A stretch of DNA of 64,000 bases, taken from Dehalococcoidia bacterium (GTDB lineage: Bacteria > Chloroflexota > Dehalococcoidia > Lucifugimonadales > UBA2962). The DNA lies in contig DAOUKM010000019.1 of assembly GCA_034421295.1 (NCBI GenBank), positions 257,611 through 321,610 on the forward strand, in the 5' to 3' direction. Every line of letters starts with the position of its first letter. The stretch's first letter is position 1. Below the pieces are notes generated by a model, which saw only the letters and a program-made list of their open reading frames with translations, was not told the origin of the DNA and did not search any database. Below are positions 62,804-64,000 of this stretch, in pieces. The translations under genes were made by a program, and so were the position numbers.

Positions 62804-63862
62804 CTAGGCTGTCTGCGGTAGCAGTATGACCTTGCCCGCCTGCCCTCTGGCGAGCAGTGTCATCGCCTCGTCCATGGCCTCAAGGGGCATGCGGTGCGTT
62901 ACCAGGGGCGCCAGGTCTACGACGCCGGTTTCCAGCAGCAGCCGCGTCTTGTACCAGGTCTCGAATATGCGCCTGCCATTGAAAGCCAGCACCGTCAGGT
63001 TCTTGAAGATCATGTCCTCGGCCACGTCAATGAGCACGGGCTTTGCGGGTATGCCAACAAGACTGACGTGCCCTCCGCGCCTTACGCCCTTGAACGCGCC
63101 GTCGATCGCGGCGGGCGCCCCGCTCATCTCAAGCACTATGTCAACCCCATATCCACCCGCCTGCGACAGCCATGCCGCCGTCTCCTGGCCGGTTCCCTCG
63201 GAGGGCCGAAAGACCTCGTCCGCCCCCACCGCACGGGCAAGGGAAAGCCGGTAGTCGTTGACGTCAGAGGCGACCACGCGCGAGGCCCCTGAAGTCTTGG
63301 CTATAGCTATCGAGAACAGGCCGATCGGACCGCAGCCCAGGACGCCGACGCTCTGGCCGGTCAGATGGTGGGCGAGCGCGGAGAAGACGGCGTTGCCGAA
63401 AGGCTCCTGCAGCGTGGCTATCTCCGGGGGCAGCCGGTTGCGGTCTGTGTGCCACAGGACCTTTTCGGGTATGACCACGTATTCAGCAAAGCATCCGTCT
63501 CGGTCGACGCCCAGGATGGATGTCTGCGGGCACATGTGGGCCTGTCCTGTCCTGCACTGAAAGCACACCCCGCAGGTGACGTGGCTCTCGGCGGATACGA
63601 AATCGCCGACGGCCGTGCGCTCCATCCCGGCGCCGACTTCGACTACCGTACCTGCCATCTCGTGCCCCAGCGTTATCGGCGGCCGCACGCGGGCTGCGCT
63701 CCAATCGTCCCAGTTCCAGATGTGCAGATCGGTTCCGCATATGCTGGCGGCCTCGACACGTATCAGGACTTCATTGGAACCTACAGGGGGTATGGGCACA
63801 TCCACCACGGCGCCTCCGCGCCCGGCGCCCAGTTTGCGGACCGCCCGCATGGTGCCCTTCAT
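62804..63862 (-). CDS. tdh: L-threonine 3-dehydrogenase (Zn-dependent MDR family)
   Basis: 352 aa; ICGTDLHIWNWD.W, GHEMAG, structural-Zn CGVCFQCRTGQAHMC, GCGPIG Rossmann; collinear with Tdh proteins. Confidence 0.8.
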   Translation of the reverse strand: MKGTMRAVRKLGAGRGGAVVDVPIPPVGSNEVLIRVEAASICGTDLHIWNWDDWSAARVRPPITLGHEMAGTVVEVGAGMERTAVGDFVSAESHVTCGVCFQCRTGQAHMCPQTSILGVDRDGCFAEYVVIPEKVLWHTDRNRLPPEIATLQEPFGNAVFSALAHHLTGQSVGVLGCGPIGLFSIAIAKTSGASRVVASDVNDYRLSLARAVGADEVFRPSEGTGQETAAWLSQAGGYGVDIVLEMSGAPAAIDGAFKGVRRGGHVSLVGIPAKPVLIDVAEDMIFKNLTVLAFNGRRIFETWYKTRLLLETGVVDLAPLVTHRMPLEAMDEAMTLLARGQAGKVILLPQTA

Positions 63863-63899
63863 ATCTCAGACCTCCCTGTCGGCCGGACGGCCGCGATGA

Positions 63900-64000
63900 T
63901 CAAAACACCGCTATCGGGTTGACCGGCGAGCCGGTGCCACCTCTCAAAAAGAGCGGAGCGCACACGAGCAGGAACTCGTAACGGCCCATTTCTCTGCACG
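63900..64000 (-). CDS. 3' end of a gene running in from beyond the window (possibly cyclase/formamidase-family C-terminus)
   Basis: Open frame on the - strand from the window edge to TGA (complement of 63900-63902): ..CREMGRYEFLLVCAPLFLRGGTGSPVNPIAVF. Sits 37 nt upstream of tdh. Family guess from memory only. Confidence 0.3.
   Translation of the reverse strand, partial: CREMGRYEFLLVCAPLFLRGGTGSPVNPIAVF

Noticed and set aside
1-64000. Mobile elements, prophage or defence islands
   Set aside because: No integrase, transposase, recombinase, terminal inverted repeats, tRNA attachment sites, restriction-modification, toxin-antitoxin or Cas-like genes could be recognised. The only low-GC stretches are short intergenic promoter regions.

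Overview
GC-rich, gene-dense bacterial chromosomal segment with about 60 protein-coding genes on both strands. I found no rRNA, tRNA, CRISPR array, transposase or integrase. Nearly all genes are enzymes and transporters of a heterotrophic catabolic repertoire, with unusual paralog redundancy. (1) Five Php/PTER-type (phosphotriesterase-homology, amidohydrolase-fold) genes, including a tandem triplet at 44530-47365 whose middle copy has lost a metal-ligand Asp. (2) A 2-oxoacid dehydrogenase operon with two tandem E1-beta genes and no E3 (14219-18624). (3) A xanthine-dehydrogenase-family molybdoenzyme operon (54431-60780). It has one FAD subunit, one 2Fe-2S subunit and two large-subunit paralogs, separated by a MoaD/ThiS-like ubiquitin-fold gene whose GG is capped by a 13-aa tail. 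An intact stand-alone JAMM/MPN peptidase lies 9 kb away. (4) Two DapA-like lyases, two Kelch-repeat lipoproteins, two ABM-fold genes and several aminotransferases/SDRs. Core genes present are citrate synthase, glutamate dehydrogenase, Kbl and Tdh (uncoupled), Apt, an N-terminally extended Hpt, RimI, PrkA without its usual partners, an aquaglyceroporin-like channel, an SLC13/DASS permease, and an ECF sigma/anti-sigma pair followed by two ABC exporter genes. A 1550-aa membrane protein carries the INYYYFGQ motif of the Chlor_Arch_YYY/DUF2298 family. Together with several apparently leaderless starts, this suggests a Chloroflexota origin (inference only). Regulatory signals readable by eye include several TATAAT-type -10 boxes, a perfect 12-bp-arm palindrome carrying mirrored TATAAT boxes between divergent genes, a TTGACA-18-TAGAAT promoter overlapped by a 10-bp-arm palindrome, and a few stem-loop terminators. 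The strongest candidates for undescribed biology are the molybdoenzyme operon with its embedded capped ubiquitin-like carrier (plus the distal JAMM) and the Php/PTER-centred cluster. All function calls rest on motifs recognised by eye; no database search was possible.
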